Below are positions 1 to 8,247 of a stretch of DNA of 40,573 nucleotides, piece after piece. The stretch's first letter is position 1, and every line of letters starts with the position of its first letter. A program made the translations under genes and the position numbers. The stretch comes from a virus. The stretch covers positions 1-40,573 of the IMG/VR virus record IMGVR_UViG_3300012347_000097, one strand, 5' to 3'. The notes under the pieces are model-generated. The model ran no database searches, had not been told where the DNA came from, and saw only the letters and a list, made by a program, of their open reading frames with translations.

Positions 1-55
1 GACGGTGCTTCATCTGCAAAGGTGTACCGCACAATCATCGCTGGTAAGCAGGCAC
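1..55. repeat. 55-bp terminal overlap, identical to 40519..40573 (closure of a circular assembly)
   Basis: Base-by-base comparison: gacggtgcttcatctgcaaaggtgtaccgcacaatcatcgctggtaagcaggcac is present at both ends. Confidence 0.95.
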
Positions 56-213
56 TTGCTGAGGCTGTGGCAGAAGAGCCACACACAGTTATCGGACCAG
101 TCACAGACAAGTTGAACCGTTTCCGTCCAATCGGATGGTACGGCGTACTTGGCTTTGCTCGTTACCGCGAAGAGGCTCTCTATCGCATCGAGTCAGGTTC
201 ATCAATCGCTTAA
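1..213 (+). CDS. Major capsid protein, 3' portion (continues 39778..40573 across the circular junction)
   Basis: The frame of 22..213 is continuous with the open frame starting at 39778 once the 55-bp overlap is collapsed. The joined ORF is 317 aa and sits directly after the scaffold-like gene. Confidence 0.75.
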   Translation, partial: DGASSAKVYRTIIAGKQALAEAVAEEPHTVIGPVTDKLNRFRPIGWYGVLGFARYREEALYRIESGSSIA

Positions 214-277
214 TTGATTGACGCTGTGGCAGGGAAGTAAAACTCCCTGTCACGGAGTAAGTTCATTAAGGAGAACA

Positions 278-547
278 ATGACAACTTATATCTTTACAAC
301 GCCATACGTTGAAGAAGGCCCGTCGGGCCAGCACCGCTTGTTCTACTTTTTCAAGTTGCGACAAGGGCTAACAGTCTACCGAGTAGGTTCAACCTACCGC
401 ACTGGACGCTTCTTTACACAGGACCAGTTAGATTCATTTGATGAATACTGGCTCGGTGGACATGAGCACTCAGTGACAGAGGCCACAAAGAATGGCCTTA
501 TCGCATCTGGGCTAGACATTACAGAAGACAATTTCAAAGTAGAGTAG
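278..547 (+). CDS. Hypothetical head/connector-region protein (89 aa)
   Basis: Internal ATG of track ORF 218..547, preceded by AAGGAG. The upstream 20 codons look non-coding. No recognisable motif. Confidence 0.6.
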   Translation: MTTYIFTTPYVEEGPSGQHRLFYFFKLRQGLTVYRVGSTYRTGRFFTQDQLDSFDEYWLGGHEHSVTEATKNGLIASGLDITEDNFKVE

Positions 548-554
548 GGACAAA

Positions 555-992
555 ATGAATCATTGCAGCCATATCGGTAAAGTACTTGAGTGGGGATTTA
601 ACGAGCACCACGACTTTAAGGCAACCCTTTGGGGTTGCGTACTCTGCGATGAGACAAGCGATAAGCCGCTTTCATACGCAGATGAGATTGAGGTAGACCA
701 TACCAACTGTGACGATGATTGCTTTGGCTGCAAGGCCAGAGGTTTGATTCTAGATACAGGTGATGCTTCTAGGCCAGTTGCTAAGAAGTCTTGGGACAGC
801 AGACTTTCATTCTACAAGGAAGCACGTGAGCAAGGTATTCAGCCAGCAGGAACGCAGCGCGCTCAAGTCGAAGCAGCATACGAGGCTAGCGCCACACTTG
901 GCAAGGCATACGATGCAGGAACAATGTCAGTAAGAGCAGATAAAGTTACGAAGTCCGTAGCGGCAGTTATGAAAGAAACGGGAGAAGCATGA
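555..992 (+). CDS. Hypothetical Cys/His-rich protein (145 aa)
   Basis: Track ORF tightly packed in the late operon. CVLC and CDDDCFGC motifs suggest metal binding. Confidence 0.6.
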   Translation: MNHCSHIGKVLEWGFNEHHDFKATLWGCVLCDETSDKPLSYADEIEVDHTNCDDDCFGCKARGLILDTGDASRPVAKKSWDSRLSFYKEAREQGIQPAGTQRAQVEAAYEASATLGKAYDAGTMSVRADKVTKSVAAVMKETGEA

Positions 993-1135
993 TGATGAAG
1001 AAGAAGGCATACAAAATGGGCGAAAAGATGGAGTCCAAGAAGGAAAAGTTCATGGAGATGCAAATGGGCAAGAAGACCATGAAGAAGGCCGTTGCTAAGA
1101 AGGCTGTTGCAAAGAAGATGGACAAGAAGAAGTAA
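989..1135 (+). CDS. Lysine-rich mini-protein (48 aa, below the track cutoff)
   Basis: Hand translation: MMMKKKAYKMGEKMESKKEKFMEMQMGKKTMKKAVAKKAVAKKMDKKK. Its start overlaps the upstream stop (ATGA) and its stop overlaps the next ATG (TAATG). Confidence 0.55.
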   Translation: MMMKKKAYKMGEKMESKKEKFMEMQMGKKTMKKAVAKKAVAKKMDKKK

Positions 1136-1326
1136 TGGCAGTCGGAATGCCAGGAGCATACAGTGCCGCAGGCAGTGGTCCTAAGAAGCCAAAGGCTCCA
1201 GTAAAGAAGAAGACGAATCCAGAGAGCCTACTCCAGCAGTATCTCAAGCAAGGCATGAGCCTTGACCGAGCACGCAAGAAGGTTTCTGACCAAACAGGCG
1301 TATGGCCTAACGGATATACTAACTAA
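1135..1326 (+). CDS. Basic small protein (63 aa)
   Basis: Track ORF, translationally coupled on both sides. Contains the K/P-rich stretch GPKKPKAPVKKKTNP. Confidence 0.6.
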   Translation: MAVGMPGAYSAAGSGPKKPKAPVKKKTNPESLLQQYLKQGMSLDRARKKVSDQTGVWPNGYTN

Positions 1327-1335
1327 GGATTAAAC

Positions 1336-1593
1336 ATGGCTGATGCAAGATTAAAGAGAGCGGGCGTTTCTGGCTTTAACAAGCCAAAGCGTACTCCTTC
1401 TCATGCAACCAAGTCACATATCGTTGTTGCTAAAGAGGGTAGTAAGATTAAGACTATCCGCTTTGGCCAGCAAGGTGTAACTGGGGACAGGAAGCCAACT
1501 GCAAGACAAGCCTCATTCAAGGCACGTCACGCAAAGAACATCGCTAAGGGCAAAATGTCCGCAGCATATTGGGCCGATAAAGTTAAGTGGTAA
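1336..1593 (+). CDS. Basic small protein, DUF5872-like pattern (85 aa)
   Basis: The pattern KPKRTP...IRFGQQG...SFKARHAKNI...AAYWADKVKW resembles, from memory, a small conserved phage/virus family. The family name is uncertain. Confidence 0.6.
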   Translation: MADARLKRAGVSGFNKPKRTPSHATKSHIVVAKEGSKIKTIRFGQQGVTGDRKPTARQASFKARHAKNIAKGKMSAAYWADKVKW

Positions 1594-2288
1594 TGAAAGC
1601 AGGGACGATGAACGACAAGATGACTATCGCTTGGTGCGATAATGGTATGGTAGATGGCAAGTTCATGCAGGGTGTTACAGACGTTATGCTCCATTCAGGA
1701 GTAGAGGTTGTAACTACACTACGTAGCCAGGGCAATCAGATTGCGCGTCAGCGCGATAAGGTTATCAATCACTGGTATGAAAGCAATAAGTCAGACTGGT
1801 TACTCTGGGTAGACTCAGATGTAGTCATCAGTCCTGAGAAGTTCAAACTACTCTGGGACAACAAGGACGCCGTTGAGCGTCCAATTGTCAGCGGTGTCTA
1901 TTTTACCACAGATACTCCAGAAGAGCCACTCATGGACCCTAAGCCAACCTTGTTCTGGTTTGCATATAAGGACGATGAAGTTGGGCTCAAGCGGATTCAC
2001 CCACTGCCAAAGAATATGCTCATCAAGATTGGTGCGGCAGGCATGGGGTTTGTGTTGATGCACCGTAGCGTGGTCGACAGGATTCGTAAAGTATTGCCAG
2101 ACGTTCCACTGTTCAGTGACATGGGTCACGGAGCAAAGTTCATGGGTGAGGATATTTACTTCTTTGCTTTGTGCGACAAGGCTGATATTCCAGCATATGC
2201 GCATACAGACGCAACAGTTCCACACATGAAGAGATTTTCATTTGACGTTCATTTCTATGACGCATTGTACGGAGGAAAGAGGAAATAA
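1593..2288 (+). CDS. Glycosyltransferase (GT-A/GT2-like), 231 aa
   Basis: The ATG overlaps the upstream stop (TAATG). WLLWVDSDVV is DxD-like, and GAAGMGFVLMHRSV and GEDIYF are typical of GT-A fold enzymes. Confidence 0.6.
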   Translation: MKAGTMNDKMTIAWCDNGMVDGKFMQGVTDVMLHSGVEVVTTLRSQGNQIARQRDKVINHWYESNKSDWLLWVDSDVVISPEKFKLLWDNKDAVERPIVSGVYFTTDTPEEPLMDPKPTLFWFAYKDDEVGLKRIHPLPKNMLIKIGAAGMGFVLMHRSVVDRIRKVLPDVPLFSDMGHGAKFMGEDIYFFALCDKADIPAYAHTDATVPHMKRFSFDVHFYDALYGGKRK

Positions 2289-3211
2289 TGGCAACCCTAG
2301 CCGATATGATTAACGAGGTGCAGGTGAACCTTGCTGGTTACACATTCCAGCAGGACCGCTCTACCTATCTAAAGCATGCTGTGACTACACTCACATCATC
2401 TTCTACAGCACCACTTGTCTTATCTCTTGGTTCAACAGATAACGTCGGCAAAGGCATTATTGAAATTGATGAAGAGTTGATGTGGATTGATTCATTTGAC
2501 CGCGTAGCATCAACTGCAACTGTCTCGCCATATGGACGTGGATATCTTGGCACAACCCCCGCAACTCATGTTGTAGACTCTAAAGTCACAATCTCACCAA
2601 CATTCCCACGTTTTAACATCAAGCGTGCAATTAATGATACAATCCGCTCTCTTGGAGCGAATATCTTTGCAGTAAAAACAGCAACATTTACATTTAATGC
2701 TGCTCAGTCTACATATGCATTCAACGACTTAAACATTAAGAATATCATCTCCCTCTCATGGCAAAGCACAGGACCTTCTCAAGAGTGGGTTCCAATTCGC
2801 CGTTGGGACTTTGACTCAGTAGCAGATTCAGATGCATTTGGTTATCGTGCTCAGACTATCACACTTGGTGCTGATTCGCCTCAGCCAGGACGCACAGTGA
2901 AGGTTGTATACGCAACCGACCCTAATGCATTTACCAGCAACACCGAAGAATATGTAACTCAATCTGGTTTGCCAGAATCGACTCGGGACGTAGTAATCCT
3001 AGGAGCAGCATATCGTTTGCTATCCTTCTTGGACCCAGCACGTGCTGCACAGACATCACCACAGGCTGATGAAACTGACAGCAAGCGCCCTTATGGCGCA
3101 TCACAGTCTGCTACTAAGCAGTTGTATGCTCTATATACACAGCGCTTAAATGAAGAAACAAAAGCACAGCAACAGAACTACCCTCCACGAGTCCATTTCT
3201 CTCGCCGATAG
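2288..3211 (+). CDS. Hypothetical virion structural protein (307 aa)
   Basis: Track ORF, ATGA-coupled to the glycosyltransferase and immediately upstream of the tail fibre. No motif recognised. Confidence 0.6.
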   Translation: MATLADMINEVQVNLAGYTFQQDRSTYLKHAVTTLTSSSTAPLVLSLGSTDNVGKGIIEIDEELMWIDSFDRVASTATVSPYGRGYLGTTPATHVVDSKVTISPTFPRFNIKRAINDTIRSLGANIFAVKTATFTFNAAQSTYAFNDLNIKNIISLSWQSTGPSQEWVPIRRWDFDSVADSDAFGYRAQTITLGADSPQPGRTVKVVYATDPNAFTSNTEEYVTQSGLPESTRDVVILGAAYRLLSFLDPARAAQTSPQADETDSKRPYGASQSATKQLYALYTQRLNEETKAQQQNYPPRVHFSRR

Positions 3212-3220
3212 GAAGCGTAA

Positions 3221-5464
3221 ATGACAACAAGAAAATATACATCCCGTTCACAGAAGACTACACTTTCTGTTGCGCTTACATCAACAGCGACCACCGCTAC
3301 AGTTGGTTCCGCTTCTACGCTCCTCGGTGGAGCGACAGTATCCAGCGGAGAGACCTTTGCTGTCGTAATTGACCCAGATACAGCCCTCGAAGAAATTGTA
3401 TATGTAACTGCCGTATCTGGCAACAACCTTACAATCGTTCGCGGTGTTGATGGTTCTGGCACAGAAGGAGTTTCAGGACAGGCTCACTCTGCTGGCGCAG
3501 AAGTAAAGCACCAGTCAATTGCTCGTGACTTCCGCGAAGCCAATGAGCACCATGAAGCCGATAATGGCGTACACGGTATCACAGGTGTCGTCGTTGGAAC
3601 TACTGATGAGCAAACGCTCACAAATAAGAACTTGTCAAGTTCTACAAACATTCTTTCTACTGCGGTCGTAACTCTTACTGGCGCACAGACACTAACTAAC
3701 AAGACTCTAACAACACCAATAGTTGCTTCATTTGCAAGCGCACAGCACTCACATGCTGACGCAGCAGGTGGCGGGCAAATTCTTGCCTCCGCAATTTCTG
3801 ATATCACTGAGACGACCCAGGATATTGTTGGAACAATGGTCACTGGCAACACAGAGTCAGGCATTGATGTAACCTACGATGACGCAACTGGCAAGTTGAA
3901 CTTCAACGTCAATGACCCAGTAATCACAATATCTGGCGCAGTCTCAGGTTCAGCCACAATGACCAACCTTGGTAACGTCACAATTGCTACAACTAACGTA
4001 CCTGAGGCAATTGTCAATGCTGACATCAGCCCAACCGCAGGTATTGCTTATGGCAAGTTGAGCCTCAACGGCTCTATTACATCTGCAGATATTGTCAATG
4101 GCACTATCGTAGATGGCGACATTAGTTCATCTGCCGCAATTGCTGCAACCAAGGTAAGTGGCACAGCCGTAACTCAGGCTGACACTGGCACAGTAACAAA
4201 CACAATGCTTGCTGGCTCAATCGCAACCTCTAAGATTCCAACATTTGATACACAGGTCCGTACATCACGACTTGACCAGATGGCTACACCTACTGCAGCA
4301 GTCGCACTTGGTGCTCAAAAGATTACAGGTCTGGCTGACCCAACCAATGCACAGGATGCTGTTACTCTTAACTACATCACAACTGCAAAGGGTGCAGCAA
4401 ATGGTATTGCATCTCTTGACGGTTCAGGCAAGATTCCATCAGGACAACTTCCTGCAACAGCAATTGCCGAGACTTCTGTAGTTTCATCACAGGCTGCAAT
4501 GCTTGCACTTACAGCGCAGGTTGGAGACCTTGCTGTACGAACAGACCAGAGCAAGACATACATCTTGCAGGCTACCCCTGCTTCAACTCTTGGTAACTGG
4601 GTAGAACTTCTTAGCCCAACAGACGCAGTTCAGTCTGTTGATGGCAACACTGGCGTTATCGACCTTAGTGGTACATACCTCAATAAAACGACAGGTGTAC
4701 TTGCTGGCAACTTGGATGCAAATGGGTTTACAGTAACAGACCTTGCAACACCTTCTGCTGATTCAGATGCAGCAACTAAGGTGTACGTAGATACTGTTGC
4801 TGGTTCCGCTAGCGCTGCTGCTGCTTCTGCGGCCGCCGCTGCTGCTTCATACGACTCATTTGATGACCGTTACCTTGGTGCTAAGTCAAGCGCTCCAACA
4901 TTGGACAACGATGGAAACACACTTGTAACTGGCGCAATTTATTGGAACTCTGTTACAAATGCTATGTATGCATGGACTGGTACAGAGTGGGGTTCCATCT
5001 CATCAACAGCAGATGTATTCCGTTACTCATTTACCGTAACCGCTGGTGCTACATCAGTATCTGGCCCAGATGATAACTCAGTTACATTGAATTATATTCC
5101 AGGCAAAGAGCAGGTATATCTTAACGGCGTACTTCTTAAGCGCACAACTGATTACACGGCTACAACTGGAACAAGCATTACTGACTTTGCGGCAATGGCC
5201 GAAAATGACATTGTAACTATAATTACATTTACTGCTTTTGAACTTGCAGATGCTATACCCCTTAACGTGCTTAGCGCAAAGGGAGATATACTAACTGCAA
5301 CTGGTGCATCAACACCAGCCGTCCTTCCTGTTGGAACCAACGGACTTGTTCTTACTGCTGACTCATCAACTGCATCAGGTTTAGCCTGGTCTCCAGTTGA
5401 CTTCTCTGCAAGAGACGTTCTTGTAAATAATTTCCTCGTTATGTCCATTATGGACGTTCTCTAA
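3221..5464 (+). CDS. Tail fibre protein (747 aa)
   Basis: Thr/Ser/Ala/Gly-rich. Repeated TLTNKNL / TLTNKTL motifs, an alanine tract, then DDRYLGAK...DNDGN...GAIYWN..., a motif I associate with phage tail fibres. Confidence 0.8.
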   Translation: MTTRKYTSRSQKTTLSVALTSTATTATVGSASTLLGGATVSSGETFAVVIDPDTALEEIVYVTAVSGNNLTIVRGVDGSGTEGVSGQAHSAGAEVKHQSIARDFREANEHHEADNGVHGITGVVVGTTDEQTLTNKNLSSSTNILSTAVVTLTGAQTLTNKTLTTPIVASFASAQHSHADAAGGGQILASAISDITETTQDIVGTMVTGNTESGIDVTYDDATGKLNFNVNDPVITISGAVSGSATMTNLGNVTIATTNVPEAIVNADISPTAGIAYGKLSLNGSITSADIVNGTIVDGDISSSAAIAATKVSGTAVTQADTGTVTNTMLAGSIATSKIPTFDTQVRTSRLDQMATPTAAVALGAQKITGLADPTNAQDAVTLNYITTAKGAANGIASLDGSGKIPSGQLPATAIAETSVVSSQAAMLALTAQVGDLAVRTDQSKTYILQATPASTLGNWVELLSPTDAVQSVDGNTGVIDLSGTYLNKTTGVLAGNLDANGFTVTDLATPSADSDAATKVYVDTVAGSASAAAASAAAAAASYDSFDDRYLGAKSSAPTLDNDGNTLVTGAIYWNSVTNAMYAWTGTEWGSISSTADVFRYSFTVTAGATSVSGPDDNSVTLNYIPGKEQVYLNGVLLKRTTDYTATTGTSITDFAAMAENDIVTIITFTAFELADAIPLNVLSAKGDILTATGASTPAVLPVGTNGLVLTADSSTASGLAWSPVDFSARDVLVNNFLVMSIMDVL

Positions 5465-5478
5465 TCTAAGGAGTCATA

Positions 5479-6024
5479 ATGACAAAAGCAAGAGATTTAG
5501 CAAGCGCAGCAACTGCACTATCTGCTGTGACTCCAACCGAACTAAGTTACTTGGATGGCGTTACATCTGCTGTGCAAACACAGATTAACGCAAAGGCATC
5601 GTCTACTACGCCAACATTGACTGCACCAGTAGTCGTGTCTCCAGAAGAGCGTATGACGGTATCTGCTACGGCGGCAACTGGAACAATCAACTTCGATGCC
5701 GACACGCAGGGTGTTCTTTATTACACATCCAATGCGTCAGGTGACTGGACGTTGAATGTACGTGGCTCATCTGGAACTACCATTAACTCCAAGTTGGCAA
5801 CAGGAGACTCAACGACTGTTGCATTTTTAGTCACCAATGGTTCAACTGCGTATAAGCATTCAGCACTGACCATTGATGGCTCTGCTCAGACAGTTAAGTG
5901 GTCTGGTGGTACAGCGCCTGGCGCTGGTAATGCATCTGCTATCGATGCTTACTCATTTACAATTATTAAGACAGCCTCAGCAACCTACACCGTTCTTGGT
6001 GCTGGTCCGATTAAGTACGCATAA
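5479..6024 (+). CDS. Tail fibre-associated structural protein (181 aa)
   Basis: Track ORF with an AAGGAG RBS and T/S/A-rich beta-type composition, downstream of the fibre gene. Confidence 0.6.
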   Translation: MTKARDLASAATALSAVTPTELSYLDGVTSAVQTQINAKASSTTPTLTAPVVVSPEERMTVSATAATGTINFDADTQGVLYYTSNASGDWTLNVRGSSGTTINSKLATGDSTTVAFLVTNGSTAYKHSALTIDGSAQTVKWSGGTAPGAGNASAIDAYSFTIIKTASATYTVLGAGPIKYA

Positions 6025-6033
6025 GGAGACATA

Positions 6034-7023
6034 ATGCCTTTATTTACACCTATCGGTGGCGGTGGTGGTGGAAAGTTTACCGTTACGGCAGCATCCGCAA
6101 ACACTCTATACTCATCCAGCGGTTCTTTCGATACTGGTATTTATACAATTAACTGTGTTTCCTCAACGATTGCAACGGTTGATTTTTACAATGGTTCAAC
6201 ACGTATTGGAAGCACAGCGACTACATCGTCTGGAACTGTAACATACAACCTTGGAAGTCCAGCGACTAAAATTGTTTATTCAACAAATACTGGTACAAGT
6301 ATTGTTATTTATATTAATCTCACTGGAAATGCAATTTCGTCTGTAAGTGGAACCCTTGATACAATTACATCAAGCACTACGTACACTGGAACTGGCATAG
6401 GATATGTTGTTCTCGTCGGTGCAGGCGGTGGTGGCCAAGGTGGTGGGTTCGGCAACACTGGCGATATTCGTGGTGGTAATGGCGGCGGAGGTGGCGCAGT
6501 ATGCGCTGGCTATGTCTCGCTAACTGGTTCCATGTCTGCGGTTGTAGGTACAGGTGGAGGCGGCGGAGCCGCTGCAACTGGCTTTGGTCAGAACCCTGGC
6601 GGTGATGGAACTGCTGGAGGGGCAACAACATTTGGTGGCCTAACCGCAAATGGTGGTGGTGGCTCTGGTGCTGGCGGAACTGCCAGTGGCGGAACTATTA
6701 ATACCACAGGCGGTGCAGGTGGTGGCGGAGGTGCAGGCGGCGGTAGCGGCGCAGCAGGAAGCGCCAATACTGCAACTTGGGCATTTGTCAAAAGCGGTAC
6801 TACTGGAGGCGGCGGTGGTGGCGGAGGAAGAACAGGTGGCTCAGGTGGAACTGGCGGAGGTAGTGGCATAGGCACTGGTGGCACTGGTGGCACTGCAAAC
6901 AGCGGTGGTGGTAGTGGAAGCGGCTATGGTGCAGGAGGCGCAGGAGGCGGTGGACAATTCATTGCTGGTACTGCACCTGGTGGCAGCGGAACTAATGGCG
7001 TTATCTATATTTTAAGATTCTAA
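6034..7023 (+). CDS. Glycine-rich tail/fibre protein (329 aa), paralog of 7352..8182
   Basis: A non-Gly N-terminal domain is followed by VVLVGAGGGGQGGG and long GGx tracts, ending in the beta-like GVIYILRF. Confidence 0.7.
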   Translation: MPLFTPIGGGGGGKFTVTAASANTLYSSSGSFDTGIYTINCVSSTIATVDFYNGSTRIGSTATTSSGTVTYNLGSPATKIVYSTNTGTSIVIYINLTGNAISSVSGTLDTITSSTTYTGTGIGYVVLVGAGGGGQGGGFGNTGDIRGGNGGGGGAVCAGYVSLTGSMSAVVGTGGGGGAAATGFGQNPGGDGTAGGATTFGGLTANGGGGSGAGGTASGGTINTTGGAGGGGGAGGGSGAAGSANTATWAFVKSGTTGGGGGGGGRTGGSGGTGGGSGIGTGGTGGTANSGGGSGSGYGAGGAGGGGQFIAGTAPGGSGTNGVIYILRF

Positions 7024-7049
7024 TTAACCAACTGAAAGGGTAGTAACTA

Positions 7050-7352
7050 ATGGCTACAACAACTAAATTAATGGCTCGCACTGCTGCGAGTCTTACAACA
7101 GCAACACTTTACACAGTACCATCAGCAACGACTGCTGTTGTTTCTAACATTATTGTTACAAACACATCAAGTTCTGCTCAAACATTTACACTGAGCCTTA
7201 ATGGTTCAGCATTGTTTACGACAACAGCAATTGCCGCTAACTCAACAGCAATGTTTGACCTTAAGCAAGTACTTGCTACAACTCAAACAATTACTGGTCT
7301 TGCATCAGCAACATCAGTTAATTTTCACATTAGCGGAGTGGAGATAGCGTAA
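7050..7352 (+). CDS. Small T/S/A-rich structural protein (100 aa)
   Basis: Track ORF between the two Gly-rich genes, coupled to the next gene (TAATG). Confidence 0.55.
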   Translation: MATTTKLMARTAASLTTATLYTVPSATTAVVSNIIVTNTSSSAQTFTLSLNGSALFTTTAIAANSTAMFDLKQVLATTQTITGLASATSVNFHISGVEIA

Positions 7353-8182
7353 TGGGTCAATCAATATTTCCAGTTCCAGCAACACCTAATAATACGGTTC
7401 CATCTTTATTTTCTCTGCCTCATATGCCACCTGGTGTAACACTTAAAAATAGTTACACTTCCTCGACAAGCGGAATTACTGGTCTGCCAGACTGGGTTTT
7501 TGTTGTAATGGTGGGCGCTGGTGGAAACGGCGGTAATGGTGGCGGAGGTGCAGGAGGAGGCGGAGGCGGTGGTGGCGGTGTCATTATGGCTTGGGTTCCT
7601 AAATTTACTGCAGTAACTGTTGGCGCGACAGCAAGCCAGCCTACTTATGTGAACTCTGCTCCATACTACGTAGCACCTGGCGGTAACGGTGGAGAAGCAG
7701 GTGGCTCATCTAACGGCGGTCGTGGCGGAGATGGTGGCGCACTTGCGCTTACCCCGCCAACATCAACCTCCGTTTATTACTCTGGTGGTTCTGGTGGCAA
7801 CGGAAGTGGCCAAACAGGACAGGTTGGATATGCATCCACGACAGTAAGTGGCGGTGGCGCTGGTGGAGCAGGAACTAACCCTGGAAGCGGAAGCGGAAAT
7901 ACTGGCGGTGCTGGATATTATGCTGGAGGCGGCGGAAGCGGCTCTACAAATGGAAATGGTGGCGCAGGAGGAGCATCTACTGGCTACAGCAAGGCAGGCG
8001 GAACTGCAATAGTTACCACCAATGCTGCTGGCGCAGGTGGCGCAGGAATATTTGCTGATGGCGTAAGTGCATCTGGCACAACTGGTGGCGCTGGTGGCGC
8101 TGGCGGTGGTGGCGGAGGCGGTGGCGGTCGCGGTGGCGTAGGTGGCGCAGGCGGCCCTGGCGCTGTTTTCGTTTATTACTAA
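7352..8182 (+). CDS. Glycine-rich tail/fibre protein (276 aa), paralog of 6034..7023
   Basis: VFVVMVGAGGNGGNGGGG motif, GGx tracts and the C-terminal GAVFVYY. The architecture matches 6034..7023. Confidence 0.7.
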   Translation: MGQSIFPVPATPNNTVPSLFSLPHMPPGVTLKNSYTSSTSGITGLPDWVFVVMVGAGGNGGNGGGGAGGGGGGGGGVIMAWVPKFTAVTVGATASQPTYVNSAPYYVAPGGNGGEAGGSSNGGRGGDGGALALTPPTSTSVYYSGGSGGNGSGQTGQVGYASTTVSGGGAGGAGTNPGSGSGNTGGAGYYAGGGGSGSTNGNGGAGGASTGYSKAGGTAIVTTNAAGAGGAGIFADGVSASGTTGGAGGAGGGGGGGGGRGGVGGAGGPGAVFVYY

Positions 8183-8198
8183 AATAAATCATAACCCC

Positions 8199-8230
8199 TG
8201 AGCATGGGTCTAAACTGCTCATTTAACTTT
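8199..8230 (+). terminator. Weak stem-loop plus T-rich tail after the Gly-rich gene
   Basis: TGAGCA (8199-8204) pairs with TGCTCA (8216-8221), followed by TTTAACTTTT. Confidence 0.3.
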
Positions 8231-8247
8231 TCTACTTAAGGAGTAAC

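Noticed and set aside
863-1277. Minus-strand ORFs 863..1159 and 1095..1277.
   Set aside because: They are antisense to the AAG/AAGAAG-rich basic mini-genes, which read as Leu/Phe-rich on the other strand. They sit inside a uniformly + strand late operon and have no RBS.
3178-5448. Nested ORFs within or antisense to the tail-fibre gene: 3178..3462, 3484..3864, 4209..4481, 4372..4563 and 5152..5448.
   Set aside because: All are contained in the 747-aa fibre ORF, which has clear fibre motifs. Long alternative frames are expected in stop-poor, compositionally biased sequence.
6377-6893. Antisense and alternate-frame ORFs inside the first glycine-rich gene: 6377..6649 (-), 6588..6893 (-, Pro-rich) and 6650..6871 (+).
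   Set aside because: They are the mechanical consequence of GGN repeats read as CCN on the other strand or in shifted frames. They are low-complexity, have no RBS, and are fully nested in a well-supported gene. The same applies to 8013..8222 (-) in the second Gly-rich gene.
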